Positions 23,565 to 37,015 of a DNA stretch of 64,000 nt are shown here, in pieces (positions within the stretch are counted from its first letter, which is position 1; each line of letters begins with the position of its first letter). The translations under genes and the position numbers were made by a program. The notes below the pieces were generated by a model. The model saw nothing but the letters and a program-made list of their open reading frames with translations, did not search any database and was not told where the DNA came from. The stretch comes from Heterodontus francisci (Eukaryota): contig NC_090412.1 in the NCBI RefSeq assembly GCF_036365525.1, positions 16,901,923 through 16,965,922 on the forward strand. Reading direction: 5' to 3'.

Positions 23565-26500
23565 GTGAGTACTGGGAACTCGATTTAAGGATGGGCAGTT
23601 TAGGACTGTCAAACAGAGAGAGGATAGTGGCATTTCTGAAAAAAAAAACACGATTTGCAAAAGAAAATATACAACGTTTTATTCAGTAAATAAAACGTAA
23701 GGCATTTAAAAAATCAGCCCTAATTACCTCCAGTAATTGCAAAAATATACAACTGGGCACTAGCATATACAAAGAAAAACATGGGCGAAAAGCTAACTGT
23801 TCCAATGTGTGCTAGATTCAGATGGAAGCTGCCATTAAATATCAACGATATAAGGAGAACTGGGATCTAGAATCCTTTGCCTGGCTATCTAACAGGCGAG
23901 TGATCTAAGTTTGAGATCACTGCTTAGAAGAGAAAATTTGACTTATTGTTTATACAATGAATGCAATGAGAGATGTCAACATTTCCTTATTGTATATTGA
24001 CAATACCATTTATACAATGAAAATGGGAGAAATATCAATGTATTACCAGTACCAATCAACCATATATTTTGTGCAATAAATGTAGAGATGTGAGAGTAAC
24101 ATTTTGATACCGGTCAATATAGGACTGAACCCAAGGGTTGTATTCAGGCTCCATTCCAAACAGCCTTAGCAAGGGAATGTTGGATCTGAATCCAACAGAG
24201 TACTTGCAGAAGGGTGTGTGGGTGCACACCCCCGTAGTGAATGGTAGGTGAAGCTCTTCAGCCTTTGCAGCTCATTGATTCTCTGAAGATAATAACCATG
24301 AGGAAGGCAATGGGAAGCCACAACAGCTCTTCCCTTGAAAGTGGCTTTAAGAATTCTCTGTGTGAGACTTGAGTTAGAACCTGCCCATGGGCAGAACACA
24401 ATGGGCAGATGGACTTAGCAATAAGCTGTAAATATACAGAAATTTATCAATGTAATGCACTAGTCCCTATCAACTTATACATTTCATATGATGACTGCAT
24501 TGAGTAATGTCACAGCATCAAACTGATGGCCATCATATTTTATGAGGAATGTAAATATCACACCACTTATCAGCTGTATTGTTCATGTGCTAGTCCATCT
24601 TCAGGTTGAGGATGAGACTAAGTCCATCTCTTCAGGTGCAGCAAGTTTAGAGGGTGAGGGGTAATTGGATCAAGGAGCACAGACATAATTTGGGCCCCAT
24701 TTTATGCCATGCATTCTGACTTTTTAAATTTCCATTATGAATTCCTATGTCCACATTTAAAATAGAAAGTGCCCATGTAAACCTGTCACATTGTAATTAC
24801 AGCCTCCTGCCAGTGGGGCTGTTCTACCACCCTGCTGGTGGGAGTGTGTAATTACAGTGTGTCAAGATTACATAGGCAGTTCCATTATAAATGCGGACAT
24901 AGGAATTTATGCCGGCAAAATTTGACAGGAAGTGCAGACATAAGACCTTTTTATATAATATAGAGATTGAATGTACTGAAGGTATCAGTATCTTCACTGT
25001 GCTTGAAAGTTCTACAGTAAACAATGATTATTGCTATATTTGTGTTTTTGTAATTTTGCTATGGATGCTGTCTTTTGCAGGAAAAGATGACACCAGTGAT
25101 GTGGCCCTAAGCAGAGTTCTGTTAAATTCTCAAGAAATAAAAAACACTGTTTTATGACATATGGAATTGTATTACAACAATAAGCAAGGCATAGAGAAAA
25201 AGTGCATGGATCAGCTGTATTGTGACAATGCCATATTATTAGGTGTAGAAAAGCTTAATCACATAACGATATTGTTCAACCCATTAGATTTGATTCCGAT
25301 GCCCTGTTTTTACGTCATTTATGGGCATCCACAATTGTGCTGGTGATCCGAAAATATAATTGACATTTCTAAAATTATACTGAAGAAAATATTATGCTGC
25401 AGAAAAACTGTTGTTGTGACAAACCCCCAAACAATGAATGAACCGACTAAGCATTGTAAAGTGTACCAACCAATGAAAATCGCCCTTCAACAATTGGTAG
25501 TCCAATTAAAAACATGCATGACCCAATTGCACCTCATCATGTGGACCTAGTGTTAAGGCCACCATTTGTTAGTATAATTACTTACTTGTTTGGTGGACTT
25601 TAATGGGTTTTTTCCAACCCAAATTTCTCCCCTCCCTTCCTCTTCTTTTGAAGGTGCTGACTCTTTGTTCAATTAAGGGAGCAACAGTGCAGGGTGAAGG
25701 TTGTCTTGTATATGCAAATAAGAATTGCTGAGCCTTCGCACTCTAAATGTTGCATCTTTTATTTTCACATAAATGTAGGGTGATAAGATAGCCTGAGTCT
25801 GGACCCTCTCAATAAGCCCCCAGAGTGCAGCACCTATCACTTGAAGCAAGTAACAAATCAAAGATACATCTGCCCAAGGATTCTGAGGTAGAAGAGGCAG
25901 TGTAGGGTGAGGCATGGCACATAGAAAGGAAGGTCAATACTGTTGGCAACAGAGCCAAACTGTTGCTATGGGGAGGTCGAGTGCCATTACTAACCATGAT
26001 GCATTGGGCTGTTGATTCAGGGCCTGCTTATAAAAGGATGATGATGCAGCTTCACAATTCATTGAATTTTCTTTTGTCAATGTCTGTGGCCTTCAAACAC
26101 ACAATATATCAACACTTTTTAAGACAAGGCTACCTATACAAGAAGGAACTGCAGCATGGTAGAGTAGGGGCCCCGCAGTTTGCAGCTCTTGGACGGGTAT
26201 GAGAAGTTTGCTGTGAAATTCTTGGGTTGGTGTATTTACAGGGCATGAGACAGATTGAGTTTGGAGGCGTTCTTAATCGTCAATGGTCTCTTTCTCAATA
26301 GTCACTTGTGGTAAATTATTCCACATTCTAGTAATCGTGCGGATGAATCCTTCTAATTTCCCTCTCCCATCTTCGAGTGATAATCCTGAATCTATATTCC
26401 CTTGTCACGATTTACTCTTGCAAAACATTTCTAGTGAATAAAGCCCCAACCTTTCAAATGTTTCTTTATAACTTACAACCTCTCATTCCTAGTAGCATTC

Positions 26501-26769
26501 TAATGAACCTTCACTGTATCCTTCATATAATAGGGAACATATAACTGAACATAATACACCAACTGTAACTTAATGGACACCTTCCAAATTCAACATCATT
26601 GCTTTGATTTTATATCCAACACTATTATTTGTAAAAACTGGAATCACACTGTCCTTTCGGTAGCCTTTCTACCCAGACCCACTTAAAAGAGAAGCTATTT
26701 AATTCAAATGTGGAACATATGTAGTAGGTGTGAGTAATCGTCTAAATACCCAATCTACAGTCTGTTCAC

Positions 26770-27470
26770 AGAATCACAGAATTGTTACAGCATAGAAGGA
26801 GGCCATTCAGCCCCTTGTGTCTGTGCTGGCTCTCCAAAGGAACAATTTACCTAGTGCCACTCCCCGGCCTTCTCCCTGTAGCCCTGCACATTCTTCCTTT
26901 TCAGATAATTCCTCTCGAATGCCTCGATTGAGCCTGCCTCCACCACACTGTGCATTCCAGATCCAACCATTAGCTGCCTTACTGTCCAGACCCTTCATGA
27001 TTTTGAATACCGCTATCAAATCTCCTCTCAACCTTCTCTTCTCTAAGGAAAACAGTCCCAACTTCTCCAGTTTATCCACATAACTGAAGTTCCTCATCCC
27101 CAGAATTATTCTCCTGAATCTTTTCTGCACTCTCTGTAATGCCTTCACATCTTTGCAAAAGTGTGGTGCCCAGAACGGGACACAATACTCCAGTTGAGGC
27201 CAAAAAAGTGTTCCTTACAAGTTTAAGATAACTTCCTTGCTTTCGTACTCGATGCTCCTATTAATAAAGCCTAGGATGCTGTATGCTTTACTAACCACTT
27301 TCTCAACTTTTCCTGCTACCTTCAATGACTTACGTGCATATACACCAGGTCCCTCTGCTCCTGCACCTCCTTTAGAATTGTATCCTTTATTTTATATTGC
27401 TTCTCTGCATTCTTCCTACCAAAATGAATCACTTCACACTTCTCTGCATTAAATGTCATCTGTCACTTGT
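26770..27470 (-). mobile_element. CR1 LINE 3' fragment
   Basis: ALQRVQKRF...LGLFSLEKRRLRGDLIAVFKIMKG motif. Confidence 0.85.
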
Positions 27471-28705
27471 CTGTTGTCTACCTGGTAAATCATTGTTCTT
27501 CAATTCCATTTCTATTATTTAACCATTGTGTATTTGTGATATTGTTAAACACAGCAGTGGCTTTGCATAAAAATCTACTTCAGCCATGTGGTTAATTGCT
27601 AGTTACTCACTGTTTTAATGTGGAGGTGCTTATAGAAGCATTTTATACAATGTTTTCATTCTTTGTGTGGTTTATATCAGTCTGCCTCAAGAAGCAAATT
27701 CAAATGTGTCAATGTGTAATATTTTGTTTATATCATAAGTGTACTATTTTATTTTTGGGCTGTCTTTAATCATTTCCACTTTGTGTTGCAGGCACAGTGA
27801 AAAGGGAACAAGAAATTTCCATTGAGGGTAGAGTAGGCCGGGTGACGTCACAATGGTTATGCAAGTGAAGGTCTATGTGATTAAAACACATTTAAAAAAA
27901 AAATCTCTCTGCACTGATGGTATGAGTAAGTATAGACAATAGTTAAACTGAGATCATTCGTGATTTTCAACTGCTTTTCTTGCCCGTTGGTCATAAATAT
28001 GACTTGTGAATGCATACTAGACCAGATATATAACAGTACTGATTACACAGTAGCTTACTGGAGAGGAAAACAGTATTAAATAAAGACCAGTTGACTCCAA
28101 CAAGTTCACTCAGCTCTAGGGATATGCCTGTGTGGCTTTGCAATGACAACTCTTGTTCCCTGAGCTGTCGACTAGCTCACTGGACCTCTGGCCAAGTTCT
28201 TCTACTGGTTTGATTTAAATGTGAAATTAGAAGATTAATATTGCTGGAAGTAGACACAAGGAGAAAGATCCATTCCAATGGAACAATAACGTGGCAGATA
28301 AAGTGGAGATGTTGGAAAAACAAATCATAAATTTTGATATTGGATTTACACAAGCGACTTTTAAGGGTAGATTTTCCAAGTCCTTGCAGGTGATGAGGTG
28401 CATGCTATGTAAATGCATCAGAAATTTCTGAGCCCATTGCCAATAATTTTCCATTGGTGGAAATGAAGGATTGAAAATGAGGCCTCTGATACTCCATTGC
28501 GTGTGAAAAACATCACTATGTGTGAGGCCTTAGAAAATATTATGTTTAGTCTACAAATGATGTTCCCAGCCTTTGACTTTGTGCATTTTGCCTGCCTTCT
28601 GTGTAATACTCTGGATTTCAGTGCCATTTGTTTTAATAAAAGCTACCTCGGGTTTTTATATAGCTGAATAATGTTAATCTTTCCAGGTCTCTTGAATGCT
28701 TCATC

Positions 28706-29161
28706 ATGAATAGAACTACGGCTACATGTTGGATGGTCATCCTGTTGGTAGCCTTCTTCTGCGAAAATGTCACTTGCAAAGGAGGGAGAGGAGGAGCTCG
28801 GGGCTCAGCTCGGGGCTCAGCCCGTGGGCGTTTCCGTGCTTCCCGGGTACAGACCAAGTATCCCAGCCGTTACCGGTCCTACGGCTCCAGTGCACGACTG
28901 GCAGTAGCAGGGGCCGCAGCTGGGGCTGTGGCTGGAGTTGCGGTCGGAGTTGCGGCTGGACGGCTGCGAGGATCAAGGCTGAGCTGGGACGAGGACATGC
29001 AGCGGTATGTGAACAAGAGCTGCTCCCTAGACAAGAACTGTACATCTGAGGGAGGAGTCTACAGTTACAGAGCCTGGACATCCTCAGCCACTACATTCTG
29101 GCCTTCCTTCAGCTTGTCATCCATCTGCTGTATGCTGACGGTCAAGCATGTCCACTTTTAA
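28706..29161 (+). CDS. SPRN: Shadow of prion protein (Shadoo), 151 aa
   Basis: Signal peptide, KGGRGGARGSARG repeats, AGAAAGAVAG hydrophobic tract, YSYRAWTS before the GPI signal; acceptor ttccag at 28686; tail-to-tail with MTG1. Confidence 0.97.
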   Translation: MNRTTATCWMVILLVAFFCENVTCKGGRGGARGSARGSARGRFRASRVQTKYPSRYRSYGSSARLAVAGAAAGAVAGVAVGVAAGRLRGSRLSWDEDMQRYVNKSCSLDKNCTSEGGVYSYRAWTSSATTFWPSFSLSSICCMLTVKHVHF

Positions 29162-30024
29162 AACACAAGAAAGCAGTATTCAACTGTATCTCAGTGTTTT
29201 ATCACAGCTGCAATCATTATCCTCTTTAAGAAGTTCATTAGTGTTTTAATATCACTGTAAATGTGAATAGATACAGCACTCATTTATAGCACTGAATAGG
29301 TTTAGGCAGTATAGAAGACTGTATGCATCCTGATACAGTTCCCCAAGAGACTCAAGCCACAGAATCTACATTTGTGCAGTTATCTTTTTCAGAACAATCA
29401 TTGGTTTGAAAATTAAATCTATATTCTATCTCGAAAATGATATAAATACACTAAATTGTTATTAAATCATCTTTAAAAGTATTTGTAGTTATGACCAACC
29501 TCCAACTAGCAGGGTCATTCTTGATGTTCCGAAACAGCTAACTGCCCCCATCAGTTGTTTTCAAATTTCCCCTTTGTTGGCCTCAGCAATAATGTAGTTG
29601 TGAACACAAGGCAGCATTGCACCACTGTATAAACATGGCTACTTTCTCCTAAAATAGGCAAAGAGAGATTTCACCCTCTAAAAATTTGATGTTCAGCAGA
29701 CCACATGAAAAGTTTAAAAAAGTTGGCATGACTGTGATGGATGTTATACTGTAACCAGTGCAAAGCCAAGGCAGTGTACGATGTCCAATTCCAGATGCAC
29801 TCATTCCACTATAGAAATTTGAATTGCTTCATTTTTTTTTTAAACATTGAGAAAGGGAAATTGAGGTAATGCTGTATTTCATCCATCGGTGCAATATGAA
29901 AATTGTATTAATGCAGGACCTGGAGTATGTGCCCTCTTAGTACATGGAACATTTGATGCCAACTGGACCCGTCAATGTTCGATACATTATTAGAAGCTAG
30001 CATGCAACTAACAGTCATGAGATA

Positions 30025-30358
30025 CGTAGAGAAGATGTTTCCATTTGTGGGAGAGTCCAAAACGTAGGGGCCATAAATATAAAATAGTTCATTAATAAAT
30101 CCTATAAGGAATTTAGGAGAAATTTCTTTACTCAGAGAGTGATGAGGTTGTGGAACTCGCTACCACATGGTTGAGGCGAAGATAATTGATGCAATTTAGA
30201 GGAAGCTAGATAAGTACATGAGGGAGAAAGGAATGGAAGGATATGTTGATGTGGAAAGATGAAGTAATTAGAGTGGGAGGAGGCTCGTGTGGAGCATCAA
30301 CACCAGCATAAACTGCTTGGGCAGAATGGCCTGCTTGTGTACTATAGATTCAATGTAA
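30025..30358 (+). mobile_element. CR1 LINE 3' fragment
   Basis: ttaggagaaatttctttactcagagagtg...gggcagaatggcctg. Confidence 0.7.
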
Positions 30359-31137
30359 TAAGCCACCCTTGTAAGTGATTTAATGTTACACTCAAAATTT
30401 TTAAACACTGTTTTAGCTTAAAATCATCCAGGTTCTGATGGTTCCTGATTTTAAACTGCTGAACTCAACAGGCAGCAAAGACACTCACCTAAAGCCACCA
30501 AGGGCTTTTTTTTTTTTAACATATGCATGGTGGGTCCCAATGATGCCATTAATAATTTGGATAATGACGGAGAAGTGATGGATATAAGTTTAATACAAAG
30601 TTTACCTCAATTATCTTACAAAGTCACAAAAATAATTTTTAGTTGTTCACACTTTCAAATCATAAACTGGATGCATCAGAAATCCAAGATTAGCATAACC
30701 ATCCTAGTCATACTCCATCTGCTCTTGGTCTCCATTTTAATTTTCCTCCCTTCATTTGGTTTCTTCCTTTTTATGTGCAACCCCAATCTCTCATATTTGG
30801 TTTGTTTCATTTTACCCCCATTGTTTCGCTTATCTCCAGTTTATGTCTCCATTTTCTCCCTTTGCAGCTGGTAAGTTTCAGCAATGAATTCTGTTGAGAT
30901 TATTCAGCATAATGAACGAATCCAAACCTCGCTCTCATCCGACCATCTTTGTGTGACTTTTATAGTAAAATTGCTAAATTTTGTACTTGAAGATTGTCCA
31001 TAACTTACAATTAAAAAAAAATTGTGTTACAGTTGATACCAGGGTCCCTGAGCTATGCAGCAAACAGTTATATGGGGACCATCTAACTTGCCAGCTATTT
31101 AGTCATCAGGAGCTAAAACAGCATTGGCCTTGGATAT

Positions 31138-31460
31138 CATAGAATGATACAGCACAGGAGGCCATTCAGCCCACCATGCCTGTGCCAGTTCTTTGAAACA
31201 GCTACCTAATTAGTCCCACTCCCCTGTTCTTTTCCCATAGCCCTGCAAACTGTCCCTTTTCAAGTATTTATCCAATTCCTTTTTGAAAGTTATAACTGAA
31301 TCTGCTTCCATGACCCTCTCAGGCAGTGCATTTCAGATCATAACTCGCTATGTTAAAAGCTTTTTCATCTCCAATCTGGTTCTTCTGCCATTTACCTTAA
31401 ATCTGTGTCTTCTCATTACTGACCTTCCTGCCAGTGGAAACAATTTTTCCCTATTTACTC
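31138..31460 (-). mobile_element. CR1 LINE 3' fragment
   Basis: Reverse complement of the family at 9660-9880. Confidence 0.7.
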
Positions 31461-32494
31461 TCAAAGCTGCATATAATTTAAACACTTTTATTGCTCTGTA
31501 TCACAAAAGGGAAAACAACTGAACTGTTTTACATTACCATAATTCAGTAGGCAACAATGCTAAAATTGTATACAATTCTTCAAAATACTGCCCTTTTCCC
31601 TTTGCATTTGTAGTCCCAGGGTGGCTGGACATTTACCCCACTGCGAAATCTTGAATTTAATATAAAAATGATGCATTGATTAATTTTAGAATATTTTATC
31701 TCACAGTTGATGGATTTTTAATCTAAGGTAACATACAATGTAAGTGGTGTTGGCCACTACAGTATTGTTACTCAAGATAATCAGCATTATAAAAGCAGAA
31801 GACGCTTTTGTCAACAGGTTGAGTTCATTGCAAACTTTGCTTCAACAATAAAAATTGCCTCATTAGAGAAATGCCCACACAGCAAGAGACAGAGAAAGGA
31901 TTGGAGGAGGGTAATAATGTTCTTAGAAAACAGGTAGTCAACTTTGATTATTGGTGCCCTTAAAGTTTAAATTGCTGATTTGCCATCAGAATTTTAAAAC
32001 AGGTTAACTTGACTGCAATTTTGTTAATCTAGGTAAAGGAACTTTTAAAACTGGGAAACTAGAAATTGTCTTAACCTTGTTTACTAAAAAGAATCTCCTG
32101 GCACCAAATAACATAGGAACAGAGATATGCTGTCCCTTGAGCCTATTCCACCATTCATTTAGATCATGGCAGATCTGTACCTCGACATCCCTTAGTCCCC
32201 TTAACAAAGATCTGTTGATCTTAATCTTGAAAATTTCAAAATAAATTACATACAGGATTCTAATTCCTGAATTATTTTTCCCTTTAAATTTTAACGCTTC
32301 TTTCAATAGATAAAGATTTTTAAAAATAATTAAAAACCCTTAAAATCCTGGGAAAAATTGGGGACTTAAACTCTGCATATAATGGAGTAGCTCTGATCTT
32401 TACAATATGAGACTGTCAACACGTCTTGTGGATTGATTTGTAACCGGTTTGCAGTTTACTTATTATTTCAAAAGTGAACGTGATGTTTGAAACA

Positions 32495-32798
32495 TTTTAT
32501 TTATTTATTTAGAGATACAGGCCCTTCGGCCCGCCGAGTCTGTGCCGACCAACAACCACCCATTTATACTAACCCTACAGTAATCCCATATTCCCTACCA
32601 CCTACCTACACTAGGGACAATTTACAACAGCCAATTTACCTATCACCTGCAAGTCTTTGGCTGTGGGAGGAAACCGGAGCACCCGGCGAAAACCCACGCG
32701 GTCACAGGGAGAACTTGCAAACTCCACACAGGCAGTACCCAGAATCGAACCCGGGTCCCTGGAGCTGTGAGGCTGCGGTGCTAACCACTGCGCCGCCC
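32495..32798 (-). mobile_element. HE1-like V-SINE
   Basis: Reverse complement of 8371-8685, with (TAAA)n tail. Confidence 0.9.
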
Positions 32799-34068
32799 AA
32801 TATAATATAATTTTATACAATAGTAAATAGCACTTAGTAACAGTAATAGTGTAGAAACTATGTTATAAAGTAATGTTGCAGGAAGAACAAGTTTCCATTT
32901 ATATACAGCATTAAGTGTTCAAAATACCAACTACAGACAAAGCTACTTTGTGAAGTGTTGTTACATAGAGAATGCATTATTTGATGTATTTATTTGATAC
33001 ATACTTGATAAATTATAACAATCTATCATGCCACAGAAAATTGAACTTTTTAGGCAAACTGAAACCATGCATGTCGCTTATATGCAGCAATACTTTGTAT
33101 TGTTAGTAAGTTGTAATGATTTGTGTTTGGTGACTTTCATTTCATTGCTTGGAATGCATTTGTATGAAAGTATTTCCTTAAAATAAAGTACTTTGTGCAC
33201 AATGTTTTTTGTAAGATCCATTTCCGTGAGGAGAACTGAATAAACAACCACATGAATGTCAGGCACAATGACACATTAGGTCTGTGAGTAAAGCTTAGGA
33301 ACACAGACCGTAGGAGCAGACAATATTGCTGTGCAAAGGAGGCAGCAAAACAGGCAATTATATGGATGCTGTGGGTCCTATCACCTCTATAAGGCATTCA
33401 TTGGCTGGATGGGTAAGCTATACTCCATGCCAATACAACCGTGCCGTTAGGCTGAAAGGAAACTCACTTTCCATGGGGTGATTATTTTTGTAATTGAGAA
33501 ATCTACTAGGTGATTTCTGAAGATCCCCAAGTGCAGGACACCACCAAGACTGAAAATAGTTTGAAATGATGAGGTAAAATCAAGAATTAGTGATTTGTTG
33601 ATGCCAGTGATGGGTTTTATAAGATTATAGAAGGAAGTGAAAACTGAGGAAGTCTCTGGTCCTATAATCTGCAGCTTCCTCCACATTGAGACAATTTGGT
33701 GAGTCTGGGTTTCAATAATGAGGCATAAGGAACAGCATGTAGGCTGGTATATAGGGACCTTAGAGTAAAGGAATGCTCAGAGAAATACTAAAAATACTCA
33801 ATACTGAAAAAGGCAAAAATAAAAGGGTTGCAAAATTAAATGATTCTCTCAGATTATCACATCAAGGATCTGACAAAGTTGGTCACAAGTGTTTTTAATA
33901 CAGCATTAAAGTATATAATGGAGGCAGTAATTATAGGTAAGTGAAAATGAATTTTTTGCCACATGATGTGATGGTTTAAAAAAATTGCTTGCACCAATTA
34001 TTTTATTGTCTTTTCCATCATTTACATTTTAAATTCAGCATCAGTGTCGCTGGAATACACAAATATGG

Positions 34069-34375
34069 CACACACCCCCCTGCTCTCATGCCCACATCTC
34101 TGTTCTGGGATTGCTGCAGTGTTCCAGCGAACATCAACGCAAGCACGAGGAACAGCACCTCATTTACCGATTAGGCATGTGACAGCCTGTCAGGCTGAAC
34201 ACTGAATTCAATAATTTCAGAGCATTTTTCCATTTTTATTTGTTTATTTTATTTTAGTTTGTTTCTACTAAGGAGTTCTGATGAAGGGTCTCACTGACCT
34301 GAAATGTTAACTCTGCTTCTCTTTCCACTGATGCTGCCAGACCTGCTGAGTATTTCCAGCATTTCTTGTTTTTAT
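34069..34375 (+). mobile_element. 5'-truncated Penelope-like element (GIY-YIG C-terminus plus 3' region)
   Basis: Frame from 34081 reads CSHAHISVLGLLQCSSEHQRKHEEQHLIYRLGM*QPVRLNTEFNNFR; 13-bp TSD tacacaaatatgg (34056-34068, 34376-34388). Confidence 0.85.
34273..34313 (+). ncRNA. Minimal type-I hammerhead ribozyme motif
   Basis: gagtt-CTGATGA-agggtc tcact gacct-GAAA-tgtt-aactc; helix I and II can pair, ACGT decayed to ATGT. Confidence 0.6.
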
Positions 34376-35887
34376 TACACAAATATGGATTGGATTTAGG
34401 TTGCCTTGTGCTACATATAGTATCACCACAATCATCATTTGTTTCAAATTTATTAAAGTCCGAATCAAATGCATTGAAAAAAAATCACAATCTGGAAAGA
34501 GAATAAGAGCAAGGATGATGATATGTAGCAGTGCAAGTGCCCTGTGGAGAGCCTCTTTGCTGACTGACTAACTCGAGAGTATCCATGTGCCATTTTTCCA
34601 AAGGTAATGCATACCTTCTAGCTGCCACAGCCAAGTTACACATCATTTGGACTTGCACTGATATTCTAAGATAAATTCAGAAACTAGATGCATTAAGCTA
34701 CTTAATGTAGTGTTAGCTCTGTTTTGTATATTAATTTAAATGAATATAGCTGCTACACCTAGGCTAGATGAACACATCGAAATGCATGTGGCACAATGCC
34801 AGATTCAACTGTACAAGATGACTTAGTAGAACAGATTGAGCAGTTGCTGGATATAACCATTAACCAGGACAATCGAATGCTACTGAAATCGGTACAATGA
34901 AACAGGAACAACACAACTGATTCCAGTGAATGCAGAGTGAATCTGGGTCAATGCAGAGTGCATTTGGGTCTGTCATACAGAGGACATACACAAATAAGTG
35001 GCCAGGTTGGATGTGTGAATGGAAACTCAAATCTTTAATCTTTTCAAAAATCAAGGCACTGATTGTTCAACATAGCAAGCCATAATTCATCTTGGCTGAA
35101 AAACAACAAAGAAAATCAACTATAATTAGAGAGCATATTCTCATCAGAAACTTTTTTCTTAAAAAAAATTGTTACAAAGGATGGAATTAAATAACTTTTA
35201 AAAATAATGAATGCTAAAGCCAACATGACAAATATAACTGAGCCTAAAGTACTGAATTAACATGCATAGCATAAATACCACCATTACAATGTATCAGGGC
35301 ACACTACTGCAGTTCAGTAATTCCTCAATATCAGTTCTCCCAGTGATACCATCATCATTTGCTGTTCAAATAATGTGCAAAAAAATTTAACTTTGACTAA
35401 AAGGTAGCAGATGTGAAACTTTCACATTTAACTTAGTTTAATAGGAAGACTCAGTTAGAACTGCTCAGTGACATGCAGGGACCAGATATATTTTTAGCTA
35501 ACATGAATCACAATTTTTCCCTGATCTGAAATGGAAGCTGTGTAGTGCTGTGATGGATTTATTATTCAGCTCTTTTTTGTTGCAACCATTTGGTATTTGT
35601 ACAAGAGTCTCCCACTTGATTTGGTCTTTATGTTGAACCTTACCGATAGCACGTCCCTTGAATTTTAAATATGACAGCAGTCATGCCCGGCATGTTCATC
35701 AGCTAGGCAGCTTTCATTTTTAAAATTAGCACTTCATGTCACTTGACAATTGCGATTGTGTTAAAGGGACTTAAACACTGCTCACATTTACCCTGATGCG
35801 GACCCTTTCCGTAACGCACCACAGGTCATCCCAAATCTCTGGCAAGGTTTCCTGCTCATCAGCTTTTTAAGATTAGTAGCGTTAACT

Positions 35888-35985
35888 TCAGTCCAGCATA
35901 ACCTTCCCCAGTTCTCCTTTCCGGAACGTTCGGATAAAGTCATATGCAGCTGCACTGTAGTTTGGCATGAGAATATTCACATCAC
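35888..35985 (-). CDS. MTG1: MTG1 exon 11 (last; GDVNILMPNYSAAAYDFIRTFRKGELGKVMLD*)
   Basis: tttctag acceptor; FRxGxLG motif of the RbgA/MTG1 family; TGA at 35888-35890. Confidence 0.95.
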
Positions 35986-36398
35986 CTAGAAATTGCAGCA
36001 ATGACAGTTGTTTTAACCCAATCTTGTATAATTTCAATCAAATGCCATTAGAAGCTAATCACACATTGCATCAATAATGAAGAGGCAGCAGTACATTCTG
36101 GTATTTCAGTCAATAATACCAAATGTGATTTATTACTCAACTTGATAAAATATGCATGCTTTTAATTAGACCCATAACACATGCAAATATATAGAACTAT
36201 CACAATGTATAGCAGATAATGCAGTGAGGACCACTGACCCTGTGATATTTTAAGTGAGTTAAGTGTTGCTTTCACTCGGTTGGGATAATCGTGATTCATG
36301 GTTATTTATTGAGCATTCTATTTACAGTAACAATTTTTAAAATAAAAAAATTGTATTTAATTTCAGTGAGTAACTGTAAAGCACAATTCACCACTTAC

Positions 36399-36511
36399 CA
36401 ACACCAGTGATGGCTTTTACTTTCTGTGTCTTGCCTAATTTTACGGCTATTTTTTTGAGTACGGTCTGTAGATCATCACAGGGCTCTCCCAGCTGGTATC
36501 GCTCAACATAA
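36399..36511 (-). CDS. MTG1: MTG1 exon 10 (YVERYQLGEPCDDLQTVLKKIAVKLGKTQKVKAITGV)
   Basis: AG/GTAAGT boundaries, 113 nt. Confidence 0.95.
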
Positions 36512-36609
36512 CTGAAAGAAAGACACAGCACCTTATTGAGTGATCTAAATCAAAACCAGACTGTTATTTATTTGGCAAATAACTAATGAACGCAAGATTG
36601 CTTTCTTTT

Positions 36610-37015
36610 AGTGTCCGCCTTGGTTCAGTCTGAGGCAGGAGGTCAGGGGCTCAAGCCCCACATGCTTGATCACAAGATCTAGGGCGACACTTCAGTACTG
36701 AGGGAGTGCTGGCCCGCTGGAGGTCTCCGTCATTTGGATGAGATGATAAACCAGGGCTGCACCTGCCTTTTTAGGTAGATGCAAAAGATCCAATAGCACT
36801 ATTTGAAGAGCAGCAGAACACTTCCAACATTTATTGCTCAACCAACATCAATTAAAACAGAACACTTGGTTGTTTATCTCACTGCTGTTTATGGGAGCTT
36901 GCTGGGTAACAATTGGTTGCCACGTTTCCCTGTATTACAACCACGACTGCATTTCAAAAGCACTTCATTGGCTGTGAAGTGCCTTGGGATGAATGGAGGC
37001 CGTGGAAGTTGCTAT
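36610..37015 (+). mobile_element. DeuSINE/SacSINE1-like SINE
   Basis: Core aagatcc..agcactatttgaagagcag shared with 38565 and 51100. Confidence 0.6.

Noticed and set aside
25840-25925. Possible Harbinger transposase N-terminal relic on minus (HCLFYLRI..ADVSLICYLLQ)
   Set aside because: Requires a frameshift; similarity too weak to support without a profile search
28633-29081. Antisense and alternative-frame ORFs over SPRN
   Set aside because: By-product of GC-rich repetitive codons; no independent support
34510-34570. C/D-box-like ATGATGA...CTGA
   Set aside because: Too short, not intronic, no evident guide sequence
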